DNA of 38,657 nucleotides from Barnesiella intestinihominis (GTDB lineage Bacteria; Verrucomicrobiota; Kiritimatiellia; RFP12; UBA1067): NCBI GenBank assembly GCA_963612485.1, contig CAVDWI010000002.1, positions 1 to 38,657 of the forward strand, read 5' to 3'. Shown piece by piece: positions 31,676 to 38,657 of this stretch (position 1 is its first letter; each line of letters starts with the position of its first letter). The notes under the pieces were generated by a model. It saw only the letters and a program-made list of their open reading frames with translations, ran no database searches and was not told where the DNA came from. The position numbers and the translations under genes were made by a program.

Positions 31676-33040
31676 TCAGACCTTCGGCAGACAGGCGAAG
31701 CCCTTCGCGAGATCGTCGTCCGTCGGGACGTAGTCGCTCATCGTGCCGTCGTTGAACTTGCCGTAGGCGACCATGTCGAAGTAGCCCGTGCCCGTGAGGC
31801 CGAAGACGATCGTCTCGGCCTTGCCCTCCGCCTTGCAGCGCAGCGCCTCGTCAATCGCCACGCGAATGGCGTGGGAGGACTCCGGCGCGGGGAGCGTGCC
31901 TTCGGTGCGGGCGAAGAGCGTCGCCGCCTCGAAGACCTTCGACTGCTCGACCGCCCGCGCCTCGATGAGATGCTGGGCGTAGAGTTCGGAGAGCGTCGCG
32001 CTCATGCCGTGGTAGCGCAGTCCGCCCGCGTGGGACGGGGACGGGATGAAGCCGCTGCCGAGCGTATACATCTTCTGCAGGGGGCAGACGCGCCCCGTGT
32101 CGCAGAAGTCGTAGGCGTATCTGCCACGTGTGAACGACGGACAGCTCGACGGCTCGACGGCGATGATGCGGTAGTTATCCTCGCCGCGCAGGATCTGCCC
32201 CATGAACGGCGCAATCAGTCCCGCCAGGTTCGAGCCGCCTCCCGCGCACCCGATGAGCACGTCGGGATGAACGCCGAGCTTGTCGAGCGCGGCCTTCGTC
32301 TCAAGCCCGATGATGGACTGGTGCAGGCAGACCTGGTTCAGGACGCTGCCGAGCAGATAGCGGGCGTTCGGCAGTTTCGACGCGGCCTCGACCGCCTCGG
32401 AAATCGCGCAGCCGAGCGAGCCGGTCGTGCCGGGATGCTCCTCGTTGATCTTGCGCCCGATTTCGGTCGTCATCGAGGGCGACGGGGTGACGTCCGCACC
32501 GTAGGTTCGCATCACCTCGCGGCGGAACGGCTTCTGCTCGTAGGAGCACTTCACCATGTAGACGTGGCAGTTCAGCCCGAAGAACGCGCTCGCCATCGAG
32601 AGCGCCGTGCCCCACTGCCCCGCGCCCGTCTCGGTCGTCACGTCGGTCAGCCCCTGCGCCTTCGCGTAGTAGGCCTGGGCAATGGCGCTGTTGAGCTTGT
32701 GCGAGCCGGAGGTGTTGTTGCCCTCGAACTTGTAGTAGATCTTCGCGGGCGTACCGAGCGCCTTCTCGAGGAAGTAGGCGCGCACGAGCGGCGACGGACG
32801 GTACATCTTGTAGAAGTCGCGCACGGCGGCGGGGATCGGGATGAAGGGCGTCGTGTCGTCCAATTCCTGCTTCACGCATTCGCGGCAGAAGACGTGCTCG
32901 AGTTCCTCCGCCGTCACGGGCTTCAGCGTCGCCGGGTTGAGGAGCGGCGCGGGCTTCTGCTTCATGTCCGCCCGCATGTTATACCACGCCGTCGGCAGTT
33001 CGTCTTCGCTCAGATAGGTCTTGTAGGGTATCTCGTTCAT
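31676..33040 (-). CDS. trpB: TrpB-like PLP-dependent enzyme (TrpB2-type tryptophan synthase beta chain)
   Basis: 454 aa with the long N-terminal extension typical of TrpB2. GSHKLN PLP-lysine motif and GAGQWG. Confidence 0.85.
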   Translation of the reverse strand: MNEIPYKTYLSEDELPTAWYNMRADMKQKPAPLLNPATLKPVTAEELEHVFCRECVKQELDDTTPFIPIPAAVRDFYKMYRPSPLVRAYFLEKALGTPAKIYYKFEGNNTSGSHKLNSAIAQAYYAKAQGLTDVTTETGAGQWGTALSMASAFFGLNCHVYMVKCSYEQKPFRREVMRTYGADVTPSPSMTTEIGRKINEEHPGTTGSLGCAISEAVEAASKLPNARYLLGSVLNQVCLHQSIIGLETKAALDKLGVHPDVLIGCAGGGSNLAGLIAPFMGQILRGEDNYRIIAVEPSSCPSFTRGRYAYDFCDTGRVCPLQKMYTLGSGFIPSPSHAGGLRYHGMSATLSELYAQHLIEARAVEQSKVFEAATLFARTEGTLPAPESSHAIRVAIDEALRCKAEGKAETIVFGLTGTGYFDMVAYGKFNDGTMSDYVPTDDDLAKGFACLPKV

Positions 33041-33078
33041 TGTTTGGATTCTTTCGTTCGTTTTCCGTTAAGTCGGTT

Positions 33079-34353
33079 TCAGGTTGCGCCGTTCTCCTTG
33101 CGCGGCAGAACCGCCGCCGAGAGAAGCGCGAAGACAATCGGCAGGATGACGAAGTTCGCACACCCCGTGCGGACGACTTCCCGCGTCTCAATCCGTTCGT
33201 CGTCGGCGAGTTTCGTCAGCGGCGTGAGCGTACTGAACGGATGCGTCGCCTCGGCGACGAACCGCGTAATCGTCAGCCCGATTCTGTCCGCCGCGTTCGT
33301 CTCGAGTTCGTCCGGATACTGGTCGATGATGCTCGGACTGACCTCGCTCAGGATGAGAATCACGATTGCCGTGAAGAGCGCCGGGGCTTGTCCCAAGCCC
33401 GCCCCCAGGAACACGCCGAGCGAAATCAGCAGCACGAGAAGGCCGAGCAGTTCGGCATACGCCCGCAGGAGATTCCAGCCGAAGCCGTCCGCCGGAACGA
33501 GCAGATTGAGGTCGCGGCGCGGACGGAGCATCACCGTCGCCGTGCCCTCGTTCGCGAACGAGAGTTCGTTCACGCCGTTCGTCTGGGCGGCAACCGCGTC
33601 GAGCGGGAACGCGACGACCGCCTGGGTGATGTTGCTCACGGCTCCCGCCCGGTCGCCGAAGACGAGCGTTCCGCGCACGTCCGAGCGCATGTCAAATGCG
33701 CTCGAAAACCGCATTTGCACGGCAAGCCCCTCCCTCGACTGGGCGGACGGCAACGCCGCCATCTTCCACGTCGCCACGGCGTTCGTCGGAATCGTCTGGT
33801 AGTGATCGACGGCCCGCTGGGTCAGGAGGCGGAGGACGACCGCCTTCTTCGCCTTCTTCACCTCTTCGGGCGTTTCGGGACTTCGCATATACATCTCGTA
33901 CATCTTCTCCGCCTCCTCGCGCGGGCTGGGCAGGACGGGCGCAATCACATGCCGGCACGGGCGCGACAGATCCTGCCGCGCCGCCTCGATGCCGGTCGCC
34001 ACGCCGAGCACGAGCGCACCCGCGACGGAAAGCGCGGCAATCTTGCCGAGCGCAATCGTAAAAAACCGCACGGGTCGCACCATCGTTAGTTGCAGACGCT
34101 TCGCAGCGCGCTCGCGGGCAATCGCGCTCGTGGCGGAGGCGAGGAGCGTCACGGAAAGAAGCGCAACGACTCCGCCGAGCGAATACTTCAGGCACATCTG
34201 CCGCGCACCCTCGGCCGTGCCGTCCGCGACGAGCAGACGCGGCGCGGCGAACATCCACGCGACGGCGGCTCCCAGCAGCATCGCGAGCGTCTTCGACCGG
34301 AGAAGCGAAAGAAACTCAAGCGAGAAAATCCGCCAGAACGAACTCATCGGCAT
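33079..34353 (-). CDS. ABC-2-type transporter permease-like membrane protein (large)
   Basis: Starts MPMSSFWRIFSLEFLSLLRSKT (typical ABC-2 permease start). Has a central non-hydrophobic region and multiple C-terminal TM segments. Overlaps the ATPase stop by about 35 nt. The start (34353 or 34347) is uncertain. Confidence 0.6.
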   Translation of the reverse strand: MPMSSFWRIFSLEFLSLLRSKTLAMLLGAAVAWMFAAPRLLVADGTAEGARQMCLKYSLGGVVALLSVTLLASATSAIARERAAKRLQLTMVRPVRFFTIALGKIAALSVAGALVLGVATGIEAARQDLSRPCRHVIAPVLPSPREEAEKMYEMYMRSPETPEEVKKAKKAVVLRLLTQRAVDHYQTIPTNAVATWKMAALPSAQSREGLAVQMRFSSAFDMRSDVRGTLVFGDRAGAVSNITQAVVAFPLDAVAAQTNGVNELSFANEGTATVMLRPRRDLNLLVPADGFGWNLLRAYAELLGLLVLLISLGVFLGAGLGQAPALFTAIVILILSEVSPSIIDQYPDELETNAADRIGLTITRFVAEATHPFSTLTPLTKLADDERIETREVVRTGCANFVILPIVFALLSAAVLPRKENGAT

Positions 34354-35077
34354 CTCCAACTTTCGCGAGGAAGAAGTCCTCAAGCGACTCGCCCAACTCG
34401 GCGACCTTGCCTTCCGCAACCGCCCGCCCGCGGTTCAGGATCATCACGCGGTCGCACACGTCCTCCGCATCGGCGAGAAGGTGGGAGGTCATCAGGATCG
34501 TCATCCCGTTCTTCGCCAACGCCTTGATGAGCAACTTCACCTCACGCGTCGAAACGGGGTCGAGCCCCGAAGTCGGCTCGTCGAGTATCAGCAGTTCGGG
34601 CTTTCCAATCAGGGCGGAGGCGAGGGCGACGCGCCGTGCCATGCCCTTCGAGAATCCCGCCACGGGACGGTTCGCGACGTCCGCCAGCTTGACCATCCGC
34701 AGAAGTTCCTCCGCCCGCTCGCGGGCAACGGAACGCTTCAGGCCGCACAGCCCCGCATAATACGCGAGCGTCTCCCGCGCCGTCAGGAACGGATGCAGAT
34801 AACTGAGTTCGGGCAGATAGCCGAGTTTCGCCCGCGCCGCGACCGTGCGCGGCGGAAGTCCGAAGAGCTCGACCTTGCCAGAGGACGGCGCGAGCAGTCC
34901 GAGTATCATCTTGATTGTCGTCGATTTACCGCTCCCGTTCGGTCCGAGAAGCCCGAACGTCTCGCCCCTCTGTACGGTGAGGTCGAGTCCATCGACGGCC
35001 TTCACCGTCGGCCTGAGCCAGAAGTCACGGAAGATTCGCGTGACCTTTTCAAGTTGAATTACGGCTTTGTCGCTCAT
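34316..35077 (-). CDS. ABC transporter ATP-binding protein
   Basis: Walker A GPNGSGKST, signature FSKGMARR, Walker B LLILDEPTSGLD, H-loop TSH. ATGA overlap with the upstream permease stop. Confidence 0.92.
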   Translation of the reverse strand: MSDKAVIQLEKVTRIFRDFWLRPTVKAVDGLDLTVQRGETFGLLGPNGSGKSTTIKMILGLLAPSSGKVELFGLPPRTVAARAKLGYLPELSYLHPFLTARETLAYYAGLCGLKRSVARERAEELLRMVKLADVANRPVAGFSKGMARRVALASALIGKPELLILDEPTSGLDPVSTREVKLLIKALAKNGMTILMTSHLLADAEDVCDRVMILNRGRAVAEGKVAELGESLEDFFLAKVGDADEFVLADFLA

Positions 35078-35964
35078 GAGATGTCCCGTCCGTTGAAAAG
35101 CCCGACGCCGAGAAGCAGAAGTCCGCCGACGGCGGGCAGAATCGCCGCCGCCGCCGAGAGGCAGTAGCCCGCCCCAACCGAACCGCCGTTCGCGAGTGCG
35201 TCCGAAAGGCAGTAGTTGCCGAGCGCCGGGAGAAACGCGGCGGCGGCAAGTGCCGCGAACGCGGCGGCAGCGTTGGCGCGGAAGCGCACGGAAAACGCGG
35301 CGGCGGCGGCAAGGAGCACGAGCGAGGGTATCGCCGCCAGCAGAAGGACGGGGAGAACCCGCCCAACCAGCGCGGCATTGAAGCGGTAGACCGTCCCCGC
35401 CAGCGCGAGAACAAGGGCAATCACATTCGCCGAGAGTGTGAAGCGGAAGCGGGCAAAGCGGTTCAACGCCGCCGCCACGACAATCGGCAGGACGAGCACC
35501 GCCACCGCACACGCGAGCGATGGACCCCACAGCCGGGCGATGTCCCCGCGAACCGCGGCAATCTCCCCGCCAATTTCCGCACCGTTCACAACCGTCAGCG
35601 AAACGCCGCCGACCGTCAGGACGAACGCGAGAAAGGCGACGAGCAACCCGACGAACTTCGCACAGAAGAAGAGCGGACGCGACACGGACAACGCCAGGGC
35701 CGAGAGAACCGTCCCCGATTCAATCTCCCGCCGATAGACGCGAATCGGCGCGAATACCGCAAGAACGCCACCGCCCAACAGCAGTGCCGAAATCGCGGCA
35801 TCCCGCGCCATGCGCGAAGGTTCGCCGAACTGGTGATAATGGAAGGCGGGGGCCAGCACGGCCAAGGCCAGGGCGGAAATCGTCAGCAACAAAACAAACG
35901 GTTCTCCGAGAATCTCGAGAACCGTTGCCTTGACAAGTGCACGCCAGCGCGTCATACCCGCCAT
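35074..35964 (-). CDS. ABC-2-type permease-like polytopic membrane protein
   Basis: About 296 aa and Ala/Leu-rich, with at least 6 hydrophobic segments. Its start codon shares one nucleotide with the stop of the upstream Pro-rich protein gene (TGATG), and its stop overlaps the ATPase start. Confidence 0.6.
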   Translation of the reverse strand: MAGMTRWRALVKATVLEILGEPFVLLLTISALALAVLAPAFHYHQFGEPSRMARDAAISALLLGGGVLAVFAPIRVYRREIESGTVLSALALSVSRPLFFCAKFVGLLVAFLAFVLTVGGVSLTVVNGAEIGGEIAAVRGDIARLWGPSLACAVAVLVLPIVVAAALNRFARFRFTLSANVIALVLALAGTVYRFNAALVGRVLPVLLLAAIPSLVLLAAAAAFSVRFRANAAAAFAALAAAAFLPALGNYCLSDALANGGSVGAGYCLSAAAAILPAVGGLLLLGVGLFNGRDIS

Positions 35965-37154
35965 CAGAACATCGGTGTCGTCGTATCGACGTAAAGAAGC
36001 CAGGCGAGGGCTCCAATTGCGATGCAAGCCGCGACCTGGGCAATCAGGCTGACGATTGCGAACGCACCCGTCACCGCCGCCTCACCGTCCGCAGAAGCCG
36101 CAACTGGCGCAACCGGGGGAAGGTTCGGGATGTCGGGAATATCCGCGACTTCGTCACCCGCCGCAGGGGCGGGAGCCGCCGCCGTCGCAGCGGTTTTCGT
36201 CACGCCGAACTTACCCGCCGGACGGACGACGCCAGACGGACGCGAAATCTTCAGGGTCTTGCGCTGCGTGATGCTCGGTCCCGGCTGGGCGGGAGTCGCC
36301 ACGGTGGTCGCCGCGCTCAAAGACGGGATGGACTCACTTGTTGCATCCGAAGCCCCTGCCGGTTTCGGTGCGGCCCCCGGAGTTGAGGGCAACCCGACGG
36401 GGCGCTTGATCCGAATCGTCTTCATCGGTGCATCATTCGACACGGGAGCCGCACCCATCGCGTCCGAAAGCGAGATGCGCGAGGTCTTCGACTTCGCCGC
36501 CTGCTTTTGCGCTTCCGTCAGTTCCGCATTCGGGGTGGCGGCGGCTGCGGCGGCCGGTGCGGGCGACGCCGACACTCCCGGATCGGCGATAATTCCCGTC
36601 TTGTGGAGAATCGCCTGCTGGGGAATCGGCGCGGTGATGTTCTTCAGGTTCTGCGTCACCACCTTCAGGGCCTCCAGGGGCTTCGTCGCCTCAGGGGGAT
36701 TCGGTGCGGCGGAAACGGGCATCGCTTCCGGCTTTGCAGCGGGCTTTTCCTCCGGAGTCGCCGCAGAGAGTGCGGCGGGCGGGCGAATCGCCGGCCGCAG
36801 ACCCGTCTGCGTCGGGAGTTTCATCCCCTTCGCGGCAAGTCCCGGCTTCGGCGGCAGACGGACGCCGGGCTTCAGCCCAGTCACCGTCCCACCCGGCTTC
36901 GTCGGCAACTTCAGCCCCGCAGTTGATAGCGTCGGTTTCGGCGGCAGTTTCAACCCCGCCGTCGAAAGAGCCGGCTTCGTCGGCAACTTCAACCCCGGCT
37001 TCAGCCCGGTCTGCGTCGCCCCGTCCGCCCCGGGCTTGCGAATCACGGGCTTCAACTTCAACGTCGCCGCATGCGCCGACACCGGCTTCGCCAGCGGATC
37101 GGCCTTCGGCGGCTCCGCCGCGCTAATCGGGCTCATCGGATTTTCTTCTGCCAT
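35964..37154 (-). CDS. Pro/Ala/Lys-rich repeat protein with a single C-terminal transmembrane anchor (function unknown)
   Basis: 396 aa. Repeated GLK(L/P)P.KP units (TGLKPGLKLPTKPALSTAGLKLPPKPTLSTAGLKLPTKP..). Three K.(I/L)(R/K)I.RP motifs. C-terminal TM AFAIVSLIAQVAACIAIGALAWLLYV. AGGAG SD upstream of the ATG at 37154. Confidence 0.6.
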   Translation of the reverse strand: MAEENPMSPISAAEPPKADPLAKPVSAHAATLKLKPVIRKPGADGATQTGLKPGLKLPTKPALSTAGLKLPPKPTLSTAGLKLPTKPGGTVTGLKPGVRLPPKPGLAAKGMKLPTQTGLRPAIRPPAALSAATPEEKPAAKPEAMPVSAAPNPPEATKPLEALKVVTQNLKNITAPIPQQAILHKTGIIADPGVSASPAPAAAAAATPNAELTEAQKQAAKSKTSRISLSDAMGAAPVSNDAPMKTIRIKRPVGLPSTPGAAPKPAGASDATSESIPSLSAATTVATPAQPGPSITQRKTLKISRPSGVVRPAGKFGVTKTAATAAAPAPAAGDEVADIPDIPNLPPVAPVAASADGEAAVTGAFAIVSLIAQVAACIAIGALAWLLYVDTTTPMF

Positions 37155-37198
37155 CGTTCGCCTGCTCCTGTTCGTTGTTTAAAATGGACTCACCGACC

Positions 37199-37762
37199 TC
37201 AAACGGCCATCACTTCGGCTTCCTTGGTCTTCAGTTCGGCATCAATCTTCGCGATCCCGTCATCCGTCACCTTCTGGATCTTCTCCAGCCCCTGCTTCAT
37301 GTCATCTTCGGAAATCTTCTTGTCCTTCTCCAGTTTCTTCACGGTGTCGTTCGCATCGCGGCGCACGTTGCGCATCGCGACCTTCTGCGCCTCGGCCTGG
37401 GTCTTCGCGACCTTCACAATCTCCTTGCGGCGCTCCTCGTTCAGTTCGGGAACCGTAATGCGCAGAACCTTACCATCCGTCTGCGGCGTGACACCGATGT
37501 TCGCCGCGAGAATCGCCTTGTTCATCCCGTCCAGCACGGTCGGGTCGAACGGAGTGATCTTAATCTGCCGCGGCTCCGGGGTCGAAATCGTGCCGAGGTT
37601 CTTGATCGGCGTGGGGCAGCCGTAGTAATCGACCTTGATCTGGTCGACCATCGCCGGACTCGCCTTGCCCGTCCGCAATCCTGCGAACTGCTGCTTCAGC
37701 GCGTCAAAGCTCTTCTGAATCTTGGACTGTGCGTCATTGAGAACTTCACTTACCGTTTCCAT
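37199..37762 (-). CDS. frr: Ribosome recycling factor
   Basis: 187 aa. LRTGKASPAMVD.IKVDYYG, ITPFD, IGV.P..DG..LRI..P.L.EERRKE..K match the Frr family. Lies downstream of pyrH. Confidence 0.93.
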   Translation of the reverse strand: METVSEVLNDAQSKIQKSFDALKQQFAGLRTGKASPAMVDQIKVDYYGCPTPIKNLGTISTPEPRQIKITPFDPTVLDGMNKAILAANIGVTPQTDGKVLRITVPELNEERRKEIVKVAKTQAEAQKVAMRNVRRDANDTVKKLEKDKKISEDDMKQGLEKIQKVTDDGIAKIDAELKTKEAEVMAV

Positions 37763-37808
37763 ATCTTTTATTCTCGCTCGTTAGTTTGTTTCGTCAAATC
37801 GTAGGTGT

Positions 37809-38552
37809 TCACTTGTTGCTGACCAGCGTGCCGACCGAATCGCCGCAGACGACGCGCGCAAGCGCGTCCTTGTCGAAGAAGTCGAACACGATAATCGGGA
37901 TGCCGTTATCCATGCAAAGTGCGAACGCGGCGGAATCCATCACCTTCAACCGCTTCTCGATTGCCGTCTCGTAGTTGAGCTGGCCGTATTTCTTCGCCTT
38001 CGGGTCTTTCTTCGGGTCGGCGGTGTAGATGCCATCGACCTTCGTCGCTTTCAGGAGCGCATCCGCGCCAATCTCGCTCGCCTTGAGCGCGGCTGCCGTG
38101 TCGGTCGAAAAATAGGGATTGCCCGTTCCACCCGCGAAGATGCACACGCGCCCTTTCTCGAAATGGCGCAGGGCGCGGCGCTGGATGAATGGCTCGGCGA
38201 GTTTCGGCATCTCAATCGCCGTCATCAGCCTCGTCGGGACGCCAATCGCCTCAAGCGCGTTCATCATCGCAAGCCCGTTGATAATCGTCGCGAGCATTCC
38301 CATCGAATCACCCACCACACGGTCAACGCCCTTGCCCGCACCCGTCAGCCCGCGAAAGATGTTCCCGCCGCCGAGCACAATCCCAACCTCGACACCGAGC
38401 GCGTGAATCTTCTTCACCCGCTCAGCCATAAAGGCCAAGTTCTTCGGGTCGATGCACTCGCCCGTTGACCTGTTGCCAAGCACCTCACCGGAAAGCTTTA
38501 GCAGGATCCGATGATACTTCAGTTTTCGCGAACATTTTTTCACACTGCGCAT
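37809..38552 (-). CDS. pyrH: UMP kinase
   Basis: YHRILLKLSGE, GGGNIFRG and FAGGTGNPYFSTDTAAALKA motifs. Start is uncertain: the ATG at 38552 overlaps the -10 element. The in-frame GTG at 38543 lies 7 nt after the -10 and fits a leaderless start. Confidence 0.9.
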   Translation of the reverse strand: MRSVKKCSRKLKYHRILLKLSGEVLGNRSTGECIDPKNLAFMAERVKKIHALGVEVGIVLGGGNIFRGLTGAGKGVDRVVGDSMGMLATIINGLAMMNALEAIGVPTRLMTAIEMPKLAEPFIQRRALRHFEKGRVCIFAGGTGNPYFSTDTAAALKASEIGADALLKATKVDGIYTADPKKDPKAKKYGQLNYETAIEKRLKVMDSAAFALCMDNGIPIIVFDFFDKDALARVVCGDSVGTLVSNK

Positions 38553-38559
38553 TATACCA
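38551..38559 (-). promoter_or_regulatory. Extended -10 element TGGTATAAT (minus strand) for pyrH
   Basis: Plus strand ATTATACCA. Lies between the 5S rRNA 3' end with its T-rich tract and pyrH. Confidence 0.55.
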
Positions 38560-38619
38560 TACTGCCGCGAAAAAGGCAAAGGGGGGTAGTAAAATTTCGT
38601 ACTGCCTAAAAAAGAAAAA

Positions 38620-38657
38620 AGGCCGGCGGCGTCCTACTCTCGCACGGGCGGGTCCCG
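38620..38657 (-). rRNA. rrf: 5S rRNA, 3' portion (gene continues beyond the window end)
   Basis: GGCCGGCGGCGTCCTACTCTCGCACGGGCGGGTCCCG aligns with the reverse complement of the E. coli 5S 3' end (GCCTGGCAGTTCCCTACTCTCGCATGGGGAGACCCC). On the minus strand it is followed by TTTTTTCTTTTTT. Confidence 0.85.

Overview
High-GC (roughly 60-65% by eye) bacterial chromosomal window, mostly housekeeping genes in long co-directional runs. All family assignments come from motif recall; no searches were run.

Gene order:
- Minus strand: amidohydrolase, fucO, pgpA and an AGCS symporter. The symporter has a single-aptamer glycine riboswitch leader.
- An 808-bp repeat-dense intergenic region.
- Plus strand: a truncated dcw head (mraZ-rsmH-ftsL-like-ftsI) ending 2 nt before tRNA-Arg(CCG).
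- A MOP-type flippase and an FrhB-like Fe-S protein.
- A DUF3791 / DUF3990 / DUF3791-like triad. The DUF3990 gene carries an in-frame TGA.
- A beta-CASP MBL RNase divergent from an RNase II/R lacking cold-shock domains.
- NahK-like kinase, rsmE, queE, a large fold-I Orn/Lys/Arg decarboxylase and an Rrf2 regulator.
- An AT-rich islet with an orphan Rhs-tip toxin (Tlde1/DUF2778-like) and a small membrane-anchored immunity candidate.
- Two hsp20 genes behind a sigma-54 promoter with a palindromic UAS.
- lysC-hom (minus), then etfB-etfA-acyl-CoA dehydrogenase (plus).
- Minus strand: a MurC-MurB fusion, trpB2, an ABC-2 transporter (permease-ATPase-permease) coupled to a Pro/Lys-rich tail-anchored repeat protein, frr, pyrH and the 3' end of a 5S rRNA.

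Most interesting:
1. The orphan Rhs-CT toxin/immunity islet.
2. The uncharacterised DUF3791/DUF3990 triad, with PARP-like HGS / GxGFY motifs and a TGA at a conserved Trp position.
3. An AT-rich cassette with five 22-bp palindromic tandem repeats, bracketed by direct copies of a GC-rich REP-like module.
4. The MurC-MurB fusion with a shortened MurB flavin domain, plus a dcw cluster cut off at a tRNA.
5. A recurring TGGTATAAT extended -10 placed 6-9 nt from start codons, implying leaderless mRNAs.
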